The notes below the pieces were generated by a model. That model was not told the origin of the DNA. It made no database searches and worked only from the letters and a program-made list of their open reading frames with translations. From Octopus vulgaris (lineage: Eukaryota), in NCBI GenBank assembly GCA_951406725.2, contig OX597814.1:153574001-153638000 (forward strand): a stretch of DNA of 64,000 nt, given 5' to 3'. A program made the position numbers and the translations under genes. Below, piece after piece: positions 40,173 through 53,885 of the stretch (position 1 is its first letter; every line of letters starts with the position of its first letter).

Positions 40173-43100
40173 CATCATCATTATTGAATCTTGTGTGAAA
40201 GCATTCTTTCTTTGTTTCTCATACCTATGACTTTATTTAAGGCATTACAAAATGAAATTTTCGTTTGAGTCCTTTCTAAAAATGATTTTAATTATTTGAA
40301 GAAATCCTGCCTCTTATTCCCAGGAGTAAGTGAATATGTGAAATAGACAACATAAATGATTTGTTATTACAGACTATATTTTAGTTACACATGCTGACCA
40401 CATTTTCACATTCAAAATACCTAGACACAAAATATTAGAGTAACAAATGAGGGAAAATGACAGCATAAAGTTAAAGTACACAGTTAAATGAAAAACAAAG
40501 AAAAAAAGAAAAACTAAGCATTTCAATGAAAAATTAGCAAAACAGTCTAACAAATAACTTTGAAGAGAGTAACAACAACAGCAACAACAGCAACAACGAT
40601 ATTTGCATGTGGTCATTATTTTAAATTGCTCATGTAGTGGCTATGTTACAGTTGATATTTTATTTCATTTTGAAACAAACAGAATTTTTAGATTTAACAC
40701 AGTTCCAAGGAAAAAGAAAGCAGTTGGGAGAATTTTGTAAAACCAGACAGTATTTCTTGCCTGCAGGATCTGATCCAAGAGTGAGCAAAGAAAAATTACA
40801 TACTTGTGTTTTGGAAAGATTGGCACCAGATTAGAATTATCATTAAAACAACAATTGCAACAAACACTTCAGGTCATTTGGGGAGAAATTATCTCAACCA
40901 TGAAAGGAAAATGTTATGGTACTGTCTGGTGCACTTTTAACAGTGAAGATCAGCCAAAACACAGGCTAAAATTATTAGATACACCTCTGTCCATACACTT
41001 GTGTCATATTATGTAGAGTAAAGAAATATAAGGGTGACTATAAGAAGCATTAGAGACTATGTGGATATGTGTCTGGTTGTCACTTTAGTATCGCAGTATT
41101 GACAAGTGGTTAAAGCAGGGCTGACAGGAGGCAACATGTAGTCAAGGGGCATCAAAATGGATTTACAACTCCTAATGATCCCTGAAGAACACAAAGCCTT
41201 ACTGGAACTATGCCCAATTAAGTGCTGAGACAAATGGCATGAGATTGGTGGTAAAGGGAAAGGAATCTTAGTTGATACATACTTTGCAACTAGTTTGAGG
41301 TTTTTGATCTAAAGAACTAGTAAGACTAGAAGGGAAAGCTAATGGTGACCAACCAAGGCTGCAACATAAGCAACAAATATCAGATTCCAGAGCATCATTA
41401 ATCATAGCTCCCAGAATGGCAGAGATAATCACTTTATGCTTAACCCTTAAAGCAAAGGAACAAATACCCCATCTGCTAACAGTGGTGACCAGGAGTCATC
41501 ACTGTGTAACAAGGAAAAGATAATGGTGGCAGGGAAAACTCTCCAAACTGTTAAGGAAAATACAAAAAGAAAAAAATCTTCCAAAAGGAAAGTTAGTGCA
41601 AAGCAACTAAAACAAAGGAAGAAATAACTTCTGCTATACAGCAATGGTGCCTCTTCCCATAAGAATAGTAATGAGGATAAAAGGAAAGATAAAGAACTGA
41701 GATTCACTGTCCTTCAAAAATCAGACCCACAAAATAATGCTTGTGACATCAGGAATATTCCAATGAAATAAAAATAACAGAAACACTGCTAGGTTTAGAA
41801 TATATAAAAAAAAAGACAGATTGTTAGTAAAATAGTGAAAACAAAACAAAGACATGCAATGTGCTAAAACAATCCTACTATGAAGACGTAGGTGTTTATT
41901 TACTCTGACTGAAAAAATGTTAATAAGTACCTTTAGATGCATTAGACAACAATAAAAGCATTGGTAAGTGAGTAAGGATATGGAATGCTTCAGCACAACT
42001 GAGCTAACAGCATTTTTCATGCTTACTTCCTTCAATTAAATTTTATTTTAATTATTGCATGGCTTGTAATACCTTTTATTTTTTCTGTGCAAATATTTGT
42101 GCCTTTTATATACACATGCACATACAAACAGCCACACCTATGTACATATTTCTTTTAATTACATCCATTTTTTTTTTCAAGCTTGCACAAGATAAATGAA
42201 TATTTTATTGTAGCAGTTCTTTACAATCAGATGCATTTCTTGCCAATAACCTTTACCTGTTTTTCAAGTAAAAGATCTCTTATTCCACATGGCTTTTAAA
42301 GGCACAAAGCAAGCAGAAGATTTGTTGACAGAAGAGCTGATAACAATGACAACACCTGTATATTGCAATTTTTTATTCAAGCGTAAAGGAGGAATGATCA
42401 CAAATGAGCCAACATTATGAACAACAGAAGAATATTCATTTCAGCACTTTATTTTCTAGGAGCAGTTACCTGGTTACACTTGAAAAAGAAGGGTCAGAAC
42501 ATGTAAAGAAACTAAGAAATAGTTTGTAGATATTCTAAAAAGTGATGCAATGAAATATAATCAATTTTTGGAAGAGAGGAGTTAGAGAAAAATATAGTGA
42601 AGTCCAGTAAATGGTATCATAATAAAATGTTTGAATGCATTGCGTTTGTAGATGCTAAGCCTAAAGAATAGAAAAACATAAGCAGGTCCATCAGATCACT
42701 TTTCTGACAGATACATCTGTAAAAAGAATTGTGATGTGTGCCCCAAACCCACATATCAAGTGTTGTTGCCTATGTATTCTATACAATCTCAAATGGGAAG
42801 CTGTCAAATGAGAAGTAAAGATAGAGGTGAGAGAGAAAAAATGTAAAAGAACGTCTTCATTGAAGAGACAAACAACATAAAGGCTGCAGGCAGAAGAACA
42901 GAGTCTAAAGAAAAGTTTCTAATACGAGTCCTTTTATGAAGCAAAATACTCTCAGAAATTTCTTTAAGAAACTGACATTCACCAAAAAGTAAGCAGTAAG
43001 CCACCCCTCCAATTTAAATGTGCATTCAACATTCTTCTGCATTTTGACAGTGAAGAAAATATAGTGACTACAGGTGCTTTCTTATCAATTATGAATTTTG

Positions 43101-43419
43101 AGTTTTTAACTGGTCTTCGTCATTATCATCATTATCATCATCATCATCATCATTATCATTTTACTGTTCACTTTTCCATACTTGCATGGGTCAGACGGAA
43201 TTTATTGAGAAAGCTTTTGTATGTTAATGCCAGATGTTTATGCTGGTATGTTTATATTAATGGCATGGCTGTGTGGTTTAGAAGCTTGTTTCCCAACCAT
43301 GTGGTCTTAGGTTCAGTCCCACTGCATTGCTTCTGGGCCAAGTGTCTTTTAAAATAGCTCCAGATCAACCAAAGCCTGGTGAGTGGATTTGGTAGACAGA
43401 AACTACAAGAAGTTCATCA

Positions 43420-43459
<40 letters not shown>

Positions 43460-44715
43460 TATGTGTGTGTGACCTCCATCACTACTTGACAACTGGTGTT
43501 GGTTCATTTATATCCTAGTAGCTTAGTAGTTTGGCAAAAGTGACTGACAGAATAAGTACCAAGCTTAAAAAGTAAGTACTGGAGGTGATTTCTTTGACTA
43601 AACCCTTTAAGGCCCAGCATGGTTGCAGTCCAATGACTAGAACAAGTAAAAGATAACAGATTTCAAACATAAAATCATTTTATTCAATGCTGATGATTAT
43701 AGTTGGGTCAAAACAGGCCCAAAGAAAATGTTTAGTGTAAATAACCAGCTAGAAGAAACATGGAAGCAAAATACAAACAGCAAAAAAAAAAAAAAATAAA
43801 AAACATGTTCTAATATAATTACATCTGGAAAGAATATACAAAAGTATTTATCAAAACCATTATGTTTTTTTAGGTGTATAACATATATATCTCTTTATGT
43901 GCAAATGACAGCAAATATATGTGAGAAAGTGTCCATTTGCAGCCTTGAGCAAAGAAGGTAACTTGAGTGATGAGAGAACTTGGTTTTTTTTTATGTGTAA
44001 ATGTGTTTATATGTTCTATACAGTCCCGTGTGACAACCTGTCAAATGAATAAGAAGGATAAAGGAGGTGAGAAAGAGAAAGAAAAAGACAGTTAAAAAAT
44101 ATCTTCATTGCAGAGCCAAGTAGCATAAAGTTTGCAGGCATAAGATAGACTCTAAAGAAAAATACTCAATATGGTTCCTTTTATAATTCAAAATAGGCTC
44201 TGAGACTTCTTCATGAAATTGATAAACTTACCAAAAGGTAAGCAGTTACACAAGCCTAAAAGCATTACTAAAATAATCATGTTACTTGTTTATAAAAATT
44301 GCCTGCTACATTTGTACAGATGGCGTTATGTGGTCAGCAAGGGTGATATTATAATTTGAGCAAAAAAATCAAGTATAAAATTAGACTGCAAAAGACGATT
44401 GACTTGATAATATGTATGTGTACTTGTCAGTGGGTGAGTGAGTACTGAGAGCAAGAAACAGACTAAGAGGCGGAGTAACTAAAATAGAAATTGAAAGAGT
44501 TAAAATATGGGTAGTAGACAGAGCAATGCCTGTGTTTGGAAGTTCAGCAGGATTAGCGCCTGTTACACATTTAATATTTAGTATTTCCCATGAGTGCATG
44601 AGTGAATAATGCTGGAATGAGACAACTGGGTACAGCTTTTTGGATGCTGGCATGGATGACTGGACATAGAACCTGTTTTGGCAACAGTACTTTTTGGCAC
44701 TGGAGGCACACACAT

Positions 44716-44777
<62 letters not shown>

Positions 44778-44843
44778 ACAGAACTATACAGATAGATAGA
44801 TAGACAGACTTTCAGACAGACAGACAGATAGATAGATAGGTAG

Positions 44844-44919
<76 letters not shown>

Positions 44920-45041
44920 CTCTCTCCCTATATATATATATGTATATATAGGGAGAGTTTATGAAAAAAAACAAAAGACGAAGACAGGTGATGTACAAAA
45001 CAAACAGATGTATTAGTATAATGCTCAGGAATAGAAAAGGT

Positions 45042-45077
45042 CTTTTACGTTTCGAGCCTACACTCTTCTACAGAAAG
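45042..45077 (-). ncRNA. Minimal hammerhead-like fold (CUGUAGA core variant) in a PLE-type remnant (~44950-45125)
   Basis: Minus strand: CTTT-CTGTAGA-A-GAGT(GTAG)GCTC-GAA-ACGT-A-AAAG. Stem I CTTT/AAAG, palindromic stem III. Confidence 0.6.
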
Positions 45078-45124
45078 GGACACAGAAAAAACAAGGAGAA
45101 AAAAAAATTTGTGTAGTGGCTAAC

Positions 45125-45162
<38 letters not shown>

Positions 45163-45566
45163 GAAAGTGAGATAGAAATAGAGATAGAGGTGGCAAGAAA
45201 AAGCGACGGACAGAGAGAAAGAGATACATAATGTATTAATTGAACACAACTGACATAAAAACTTTTCCCTCTCTTCATACATATAAAGAGAAATATACTC
45301 ACACACATAAACAGGAAGAGAGAAAGACATAAAGAGGGGTGGGGCAACAAGAGAAACAGGAGCATGTCTGATGTCAAATAAGTCAGCATCAAAGAGGTGG
45401 CATCAAAACAGCTATGTTAAAACATTTCATATCCAAGTAAAGCTGGAACCCTTTTCTACACTAACTGTATTTATGATAACATCATAGTTACATCCTCCCA
45501 TCATTTTTCAAATTCAGCTCAATCATTACTCCATACCCCATCTCTATATTAACCTTTAGCACTTAA

Positions 45567-45750
45567 CCCTTTCGTTACCAACCCGACTGAAACTGGCTCT
45601 GGCTCTGAATACAAATATCTTGTTTTCATAAGTTTTGAATTAAAATCATTAGCTGAATGATAACTAAGTTATTTTACTAAATTCTTTGTTATATTTAAAG
45701 TAATTGAAAGAAACACAGAACATCTCAAAATAAATACAGTAACGAAAGGG
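45567..45750. mobile_element. piggyBac-type MITE nested in another piggyBac-type MITE (45553-45954)
   Basis: Perfect TIR CCCTTTCGTTAC/GTAACGAAAGGG; TTAA TSD at 45563-45566 and 45751-45754. Confidence 0.9.
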
Positions 45751-47468
45751 TTAAACCAGCCATGTCTAGCCTAAAATATTCTACGTATTTTATGTTCAAA
45801 CAAGCTAGATCTGGCCTCTCACACCTACCAGACAGTGTCATTACAAAATGTAAACAATCATGTCATCAAAGCTATAAGATAATGCATGACTAGTTCAAAA
45901 CAATGTGAATAAATAGGCATTATATTTTGACACAATAATCTGAATGCTAAAGAGTTAATCATCTCAAAACCAACTCCCTAATTATCAGTTATATCAAAGA
46001 ACATCAAATGCAAACTACACCCATCACAATCAATAATATAAACATACCAAACACACAGAAGACAAACATAATAGTTTTACCTACAACATTTCCACCATAT
46101 TCTCAATATATATATGGAAGATAATAAAGAAAACAAAGAGATGCATGGATACATTAAGAGCACTTAGAACATAGACACATTAAGAGTACTCCATATATTT
46201 AGTCAATACAGTGAAACAATAACACTAATGTACAAACAATGTATGAGATATGGTATGGATTATGTCTATCCTACCTTCTCTCCACCTAACATCTCCATAA
46301 GAGACATAATAATAAAATACAAAGGAAACACAAGCCGATGAGGGAGCCTTTATGTGATTGTCCAGTATACTAGAAATAACAACTAAATCTCTGTCAAAAA
46401 TTAAATTTATCCCACCAGGGTTCATCCTAAGATACTCATTTGATAATGTAGTCCTAGATGTACAAAAAGATAAGAGGGCCATTATAGGAATGTCTCTGAT
46501 CAAAGTTGTATTGGATCAGAGCTAACATGGGCTAAATAACAACAGTGGTGCTGGCAGTGGTGACAAGGGTAATGCTGAAAACAACAAGAAATAAGAAGTA
46601 CATAAAACAAGACACTTCCCATAATTCCAATGTGCACACAAATCAAAATACAAAAAATTAGAAATTAAAATTCACCAGACCATGGGAGGGGAACAGTTAT
46701 TGCTAAGGAAACTCTTGACTCAGCCATTACTATGACAACAACAACAATATTGTTGTTGTTGTCATCGTTGCTATCATTTAGAGCATGGGATTTTGGAAAC
46801 TGTAGCTTGGAAACTGTTGATCATTTGACCTAATAGAAACAACAGTTAAATCTTCCTCAAAACACTCCTTACACACTTATACAAAAACAAGTGGTATCTA
46901 GATGACAGTCTAAATCAGATATTTTTTGAAAATGTTACTTGACAATCTGATTCAAATGTTTTAACACAGAGATAAATATTTAGATCTAGGTCATTTCTGA
47001 ATGAGAAGACATGATCAAAGCATTCCAATTGAGATCATCCCATCTGTTTTTAAGACAAAAATTTATCCTAGACTACATCATTCTATGTCTTTTTTTTTAT
47101 TAAAATAGTTTATGGTACCATATAAAAGACACATGTGCAAGTGCCACATAAAAAGCATTCATGCTGGTGTCATGTAATGGGCACCTCTGCCAGCACCATG
47201 TATAAAGCACCCGTGCTGGTGCCACATAAAAAGCACCAGTGCAGGACATGTAAAAGGCACACTTGTCAAGCCATGTGAAAAGCACCTGTGATGGTGCCAC
47301 AGACAGAAGCACCTGTGCCAGCACTTGCACACTGTAAATGGTTGGCACTAGAAAGAGAATCCAGCTGTAGAAACCAAGCCGAATCAGACTGGAACCTGGT
47401 GCAGCTCTTGAGCTTGCCAGCTCTGGCCAACCCATCCAATTCTTGCCAGTATGGATAACTGACATTAA

Positions 47469-47506
<38 letters not shown>

Positions 47507-48701
47507 AATATAATGGTCTGAATAAGAAATTTTTCATGAATATTTCTTTGAGCTGCACTCAAACTGTCACCATCCTTATTTTTATGTTTACTTTTTTCAT
47601 ATTTGCATGGGTTGGATTAAACTTATTAAGGCAGTATTCTGTGGCAGGATTAAGTTGGCAAGCAGGCAGAATCATTAGCACATCAGACAAAATACTTAGA
47701 AGCATTCCTTCTGTTATTATTTTTTTTGTTCTAAGTGCAAATTCCACCAAGGTGGACTTAACCTTTCATCTTTTAAGAATCAATAAAATAAGTACTAGTT
47801 AAGTACTGAGGTCAATGCAATCAACTTTCCCCCTCCACTTGAAAATGCTGGCCTTGTGCCAAAATTTGAAACCATTCTGTCGCTGGATGTCCTTCTTGTT
47901 GGATTATCATCTAATATTTTTAAGAATTTCTGATACATACTGTTATCTTCAAAATATCCAATATTGAGATACATTAGATAAAGTAATCGTGCACATTCCT
48001 AAAAAATGACAGGATAATCATAGCTAGAATGTCTTTAATCATAGATCTGCTTGACCAGGACAGACCTGGAGTTAAACAGCAATAACTTACTCTATAAAGA
48101 GCCTCAGTATCAGTATTTCTTAATCTCAGGGTCACAATCCAAATTTTGCTTGCAAGTCTTTCAGTGGGTTGCAAAGTAATTTCTGAAAGTTTTGACATTT
48201 GATCAGCCTCTTCCTCCTCCTCCTGTCCCTCTTATTTGTTATTATTTTCTCTTTCTCAATGTCCATCTTTCATACTGGTATAAACTGGATGGTTTAATAG
48301 GGTCTGATGGGTGTCATGCCTCAGAGTCTGTTTTGACATAGTTTCTATGGCTGGATGCCCTTCTTAATGCCAACCACTTAAGAGAATTTACTGGGTGCTT
48401 TTTTTTAATGATATTAGTGCTAGTGAGGTTGCCATGAAGTGTGCAAGACTAAGATAAACTTTGAATGAGTGGAGTTACCACAGAGAGAGAAGTGGCTGTT
48501 ATGCTAAGGGACAAGAGTTTAAAGTATGACAGAAGGGGCTGGAGTAGGTTTGTTGTTGTAGAGGAGCCTTATGGCTATGCAGAGTATAGAAGAGGGTATG
48601 GGAGTAACCAGGATGGAGATGGAGAGTTAAAATAGTGATGTGATAAAATAGTGGTGATTGAAAGTGAAAAATATTTTGAGCTGTTACTGCTACATATGAC
48701 G

Positions 48702-48702
<1 letters not shown>

Positions 48703-48732
<30 letters not shown>

Positions 48733-48850
48733 CTTCTTCTTCTTCTTCTTCTTCTTCTTCTTCTTCTTCTTCTTCTTCTTCTTCTTCTTCTTCTTCTTCT
48801 TCTTCTACATCATCATCATCATCATCATCATCACCATCGTTGTCATCATT
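48703..48850. repeat. (CTT)n followed by (CAT)n
   Basis: Direct reading; source of the poly-Ser ORF. Confidence 0.95.
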
Positions 48851-49065
48851 TTAATGTCCACTTTTCCACGATTGCATAGGTAGGATGGAATCTGATGTGA
48901 ATATTCTACAGCCAGATGCCCTTCCTGTCACCAACCCTCACCTGTTTCCAGATAAGGTAATGTTTCCTCATGACCAGACATGTCACAGAAGACTGGAAAC
49001 AAAGAACACCACTTACATGATGGTGACGCTCACTTACAGCAATCTCGTGATGTCAAGGAGACAAT

Positions 49066-49109
<44 letters not shown>

Positions 49110-49252
49110 GGGCTTCTTTCGGTTTCCGCCAATCAAATCTACTTGACTTGAGGCTATATTAAACACTTGCCCAAGGTGCTACACAGTAGGACTGAACCTG
49201 AAACCATGTGACTGGAAAGTAAACTTCTTATGACACATCCATGTCCATGCCT
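48808..49252 (-). mobile_element. SINE with family-A tRNA/CORE-like head but an RTE-type 3' tail
   Basis: Head ggttcagtcc..accttgggcaagtg, then (GT)n, then ggaagggcatctggctgtagaa...ggaaaagtggacattaaaatgatga. Confidence 0.7.
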
Positions 49253-49694
49253 GAGTAATCATGATATTTGGTAAACACTAGAACTCTGTCTACTTCTTTG
49301 ATTCCAAAATAATGAACAGGAAATTACAGTTAAAAATTCATCAAAATATGAGCAGCTAGATAATAATAACACAAAAGTTAACTTGGTATTTGTTGGTGTC
49401 TTTATTTCTTGTTTTTAATGTTTAACCTATAACATATATTGTTAATGTTTATTTTTTATATGCATAACTGATTGATTTCTTTAAATATATATTTAAAAGA
49501 AAAATACTCTGAAATGATGATAAATAAACTTTTATTTGCAAAGAAGTGAAGTGTACAAATTTATTTTTGTAATGCAGGCATCAGTGGCGTCTGCAACTCC
49601 TAATAAAATATATATGACTAACATTATCTGGTATTTTTTAATAAGGATTTGGCATCGTTGTTGTTGTTGTCGTCATCGTTATCATCATCACCAT

Positions 49695-49726
<32 letters not shown>

Positions 49727-51199
49727 TTTAACATCCACTTTTCCATGCTTGCATGGGTCAGGCAGAATTTGTTGAGATAGATTTTCTATGGTTGGGTGCT
49801 CTTTCTATCACCATCCCTCAGCTGCTTTGGAGCAAGGTAATATTTCCCCATGGTAAAAACATGTTCCACAGAAAACTGGAAACAAAGTACCATGCAGTGG
49901 AATTGAACCTGAGATCACATGGTTGGGAAGCAAGTTTCACAGCCACAGAACCACACCTGCACATTTGAGTTATTGGTTTATTTATGTAAAATTAATATGG
50001 CAACATTGCTGTGTAGCTTCTTTACTAATCTCAAAGTTGAAAGCATATGTGTGACAAATGGAACTGCCAAGGCTTGTCTCATTTAAAATATTTTTACAGG
50101 TATATTATTAGGTTATACTAAGCCTTATTTTAGTAAAATTTTCTTTAATATATAACAGCTAATTGTTATAGTCCATAATGTCAAGAAGTGAATATGAAGA
50201 CAAATTTTTTATATTGATTTAAAATTTTGGCACAAGGACAGCAATTTTGAGGCAGGAGTAAATCGATTACATTGACCCCAGTGCCCAACTGGTGCTTATT
50301 TTATTGACCCCAAAAGAATGGAAAACAAAGTCATCCACGGCAGAACTTGAACTCAGATTGTAAAAGACAGATGAAATGCTACTAAGTATTTCACCTGGTA
50401 TACTAACAATTCTGCCAGGTTGCTGGCTTACAAATTTTTAATATTCTGTTTTGCATAACTGAACAATAAATAGGAAAACCTTGCTGTGTATGTTGGGAAG
50501 TATTAAGATTCAGTGAAGAACAACATACTTAATAAGCATTTGGGAATGAAACAAGTATTTTGTCAGAAGAAGAATATTTGAACAAAGAGTACAAGGTAGT
50601 AAATGCCAACAACTGAGTAGTTCAAAGAATGATACTATATCCACGTAGTTTAAGCTACAAATAATAATTTCCAATTTTTGGCACAAGGCCAGCAGTTTTA
50701 GGGAAGAGGGTGCATTGACCTCAGTGATCAATTAGTACTTATTTTATTGACTTCAAAGGATGAAAGGCAAAGTTGACCTCAGAACACAAAGACAGACAAA
50801 ATGTCACTAAGCACTTTGTCTGTTGTGCTAACGATTCTACCAGCTTGCCACCTTGATAAAGCTAAAATAATAGCATGTAAATATTAAGTTTTAAAAAATC
50901 TATGCATGAAAAAAGTCAAAGCTGCCTGTTAGATTTGAACCCACAATTTCTACAAACATGACAGACATTCTACCATTGGATGAAAACAATCTTTCAAATT
51001 TCTCTATCGATTTTATAGCTTTGTTCTTTCCCATGAGAAGTGTATGTTGTTTACATCTCAAGAGTTTAGAAACTTTAAGAGGCATGAAATAGTTAGGTTT
51101 TAACTGTGGAACTTGAAGTATATAAAGCTTTAAATAATAGTGTGTCAATATTGAGTCAGAAAAACCCCTTTGGATGTCAAAAGTTGAATGTTGCTTGCA

Positions 51200-52500
51200 T
51201 GACAAAACAAAACAAAGCAAAACTTTATTACTGCATACTATGTTTCATTGAGCATAGCAAAATCAAAGAAACCCCATACAATTGGAAAGGGCTTTGTAAA
51301 ACTAACAACCATTGATATGGTCTGCATTACATGTGAAGATAATGTTGCTAACATTAAGTTGCAGGATATTCCATCATCAGATGATATGGTCTATAGTCAT
51401 ATTGATGTTATTTTGAAAGCTCTTAAACAACAATTGATTTCTGAAATATAAGCAAGGGTAGTTTTAGTATTCAGTTGTATAAACTGACATACATGTGAGT
51501 AAACATATCCAATGTGAGGTATCCAATGGTTGGTTTATGTGTAACTTTCTAGTGAAAACGGTATGGAAAATGAGTTTTTATTCTGCAAACTATATTCTAC
51601 TTCAACAACTGAAAGTACTATTTTTTTAACGAGTCAGTTCCATTATTAGTAGAAAGGAATAAAGAATATATGCATCAGTGATGTGCCAGGAATGCTTGGA
51701 GCCAGTGAGTTTTGTGGAATAATAAGGGAAATTAAATTTCATGTTGAAATTGTTCAATGTTTTTTTATATTGAGAGAAAATTTTGCTTCAGAAAGTACAT
51801 AATTGAAATTGGGTTTCAAAACGAATGGTACCATTTAAATTGTAAATTTTATAAGTAGAAAAAATCTTTTGATGAATTTAATTTTTGTTTGTCAACTGGA
51901 TCTGAATAAGAATATTTGCTATGTAACTCAGAGATGGTTGGTTATCTTGTGAAAAAGTTCTGCAGAGAGTTATGTCACTATAAAATAAAGGTGATCAACC
52001 CTTAAATTCAAAATTTCCAGATACCTAGGGGAAACTTCCGTTAGTTTATATTTCCCATAATTTTTCTAAATGGAATGATTTAAATATTCCTCTACAAGGA
52101 ATTACTGGTTTCATGGAGAAAATGTGCTTAAAGAAAAGCTCAAGGAAAATGATGGAAAAACTACATCTTTTCTAGCATTCAATCTATTGGTAGATGATTA
52201 CAATAATAAGACAGAATATTTTCATGAATCATCTAGCAAAAATAATAACAGAATTCAATTACTACATTTCTATGAAAATATCAAATCAGTGTCTTTTGTT
52301 GAATGTTATAAAGGAAAACCAATTGTTGGAAATGAAACAGCGAAAGAGCCTCTTTCATTTGCTCTAATATATCTATGCAAATTGGGGGTTTGAATTTGAA
52401 TAGATGCATAAACCTAGCTAAGAAACAAACTGCAACTGAAAGATGACTTAAGAATCAGCTTATTATAAATGAAACTTAGACTGGAAGAGTTTCCTAAATT
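51200..52500 (+). mobile_element. Decayed hAT (Buster/Charlie, SCAND3/ZBED8-like) transposase
   Basis: IAKSKKPHTIG..IDMV..IKLQDIPSSDDMV..LKQQLISEI, WLSCEKVLQRV (~51940) and IYLCKLG near 52370. Many stops. Confidence 0.8.
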
Positions 52501-53254
52501 TCTCCAAAGTAAAAATTCTCATAAAATTGCATAAATGCACATACTATATCATGTAAGAATATGAAGAATGAAACATTACTGTAAACTGAGGGAATGGTGA
52601 GCATATAGAGAGTTAACATATTGGAGCATGATATTTAAGTTATGAATCCAACTATTTTCTGATTAATAACCTAAATCTTTATATAATATTTTAAAATTCC
52701 ATAGTGTCTTTTTGCAATATTGAATGTTACTAAATTGCCACAAGCCAAGCTATTAAATGGTGAATGCTAGGCCATGCTCCGTTTATGCATAGAAAACTTA
52801 AATAATTTTCATGAGGCTTATCAATATCTATTTTCATAAAATAAATGGCTTTGGAATATAAATTTTGTAAGTCTCTATAACAGTAAATTTAATAGACTAG
52901 TCTCAGTTGCAGATTCAGTTTTCAAGCAATAAAATTTAATTTTCAATATTTGGTAGAGTTACAGAGAAAATCAGGCAAAATCATCCACCATTTTGCTATA
53001 AAATGGGAAAATAGCAAATCACTAAATACAGAAAAAGCAGCATCACTTCCTTAATTAAATACTAAATTACTTCTCACTATAATTACTCATCTATTAAATA
53101 CATTAAAAAACAAGCTATAGTGAATAGGATGGATACAAGTTATTATTGTTCTTGTTTTATTTTAGGATATTTTTTTTCAATTTTTGGCTTACCATGTTTG
53201 AAATCATAACCTGTGGGGTTGCTATGCAAAGAGATTAAATACCATTACTTGTCA

Positions 53255-53885
53255 TAGTTATCTGACCTGACAGAAATAGCAGCCAAATTTTCTTTAAGTC
53301 CTACCTACCATCTTAAATAAGCTTGAATGCGCAATGTTTGAATTAAAAAAAGATCAGACAATCATGGCTGGATTGCTTTTGATTATTGGACAATTAGCAA
53401 CGGGTCTATCATAAGTCTGATCAATCAAGAATGACTGAGGTTAAAGAACCATAGAAACAGCAACAACAATAACAACACAAAGGAGCCTCAATGTAGTTAT
53501 TCACCCTACTAGAAATGGTAGTCAAATCTCACTTAAATTTTGCTCTACTATTGTAAAATAAAAGGGCATGTTGAATAATGTGATCTTAGATACAAAGTAT
53601 CTGAAAAACAAAAAAAGATGTAATGTTCATGGCTGGAATGTGCTTTGAACATAAGTCTGCTTGATCAGAGCTGGTACAGGGCTGAACAACTCCTGCTAAG
53701 AGTCTCAATGTAGTCACTTGATCTGGTAAAAACAATAGCCAAATCTCCTTCAAATAACATCTTACCATCTTAAAAAACAGAGTATATGTGAAAAACAAAC
53801 AGAAAAGTCATAACTGTAACACTTTTGGTCAAGGATCTGCTGGATCAGAGTTGACCTGTAACTAAACAGCAAAAACAGCAACTGT
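53255..53885 (+). repeat. Three tandem copies of an old SINE-like family (aaatagcagccaaatct...catggctggaatgc.tttg..cata...gacctggggctaaacaac)
   Basis: Units start at ~53270, ~53510 and ~53725. Dispersed copies at ~6820-7050 (minus), 19880-20090 (minus), 29670-29830, 32090-32345, 46350-46545 and 47970-48085. Confidence 0.65.

Noticed and set aside
47115-47330. CRISPR-like repeat/spacer appearance (also 31375-31670 and 54340-54550)
   Set aside because: Degenerate units within RTE 3' UTRs, spacers irregular or absent, eukaryotic context, no cas genes.
51248-52393. Domesticated ZBED/SCAND3-like gene
   Set aside because: Numerous stops and frameshifts; a decayed transposase.
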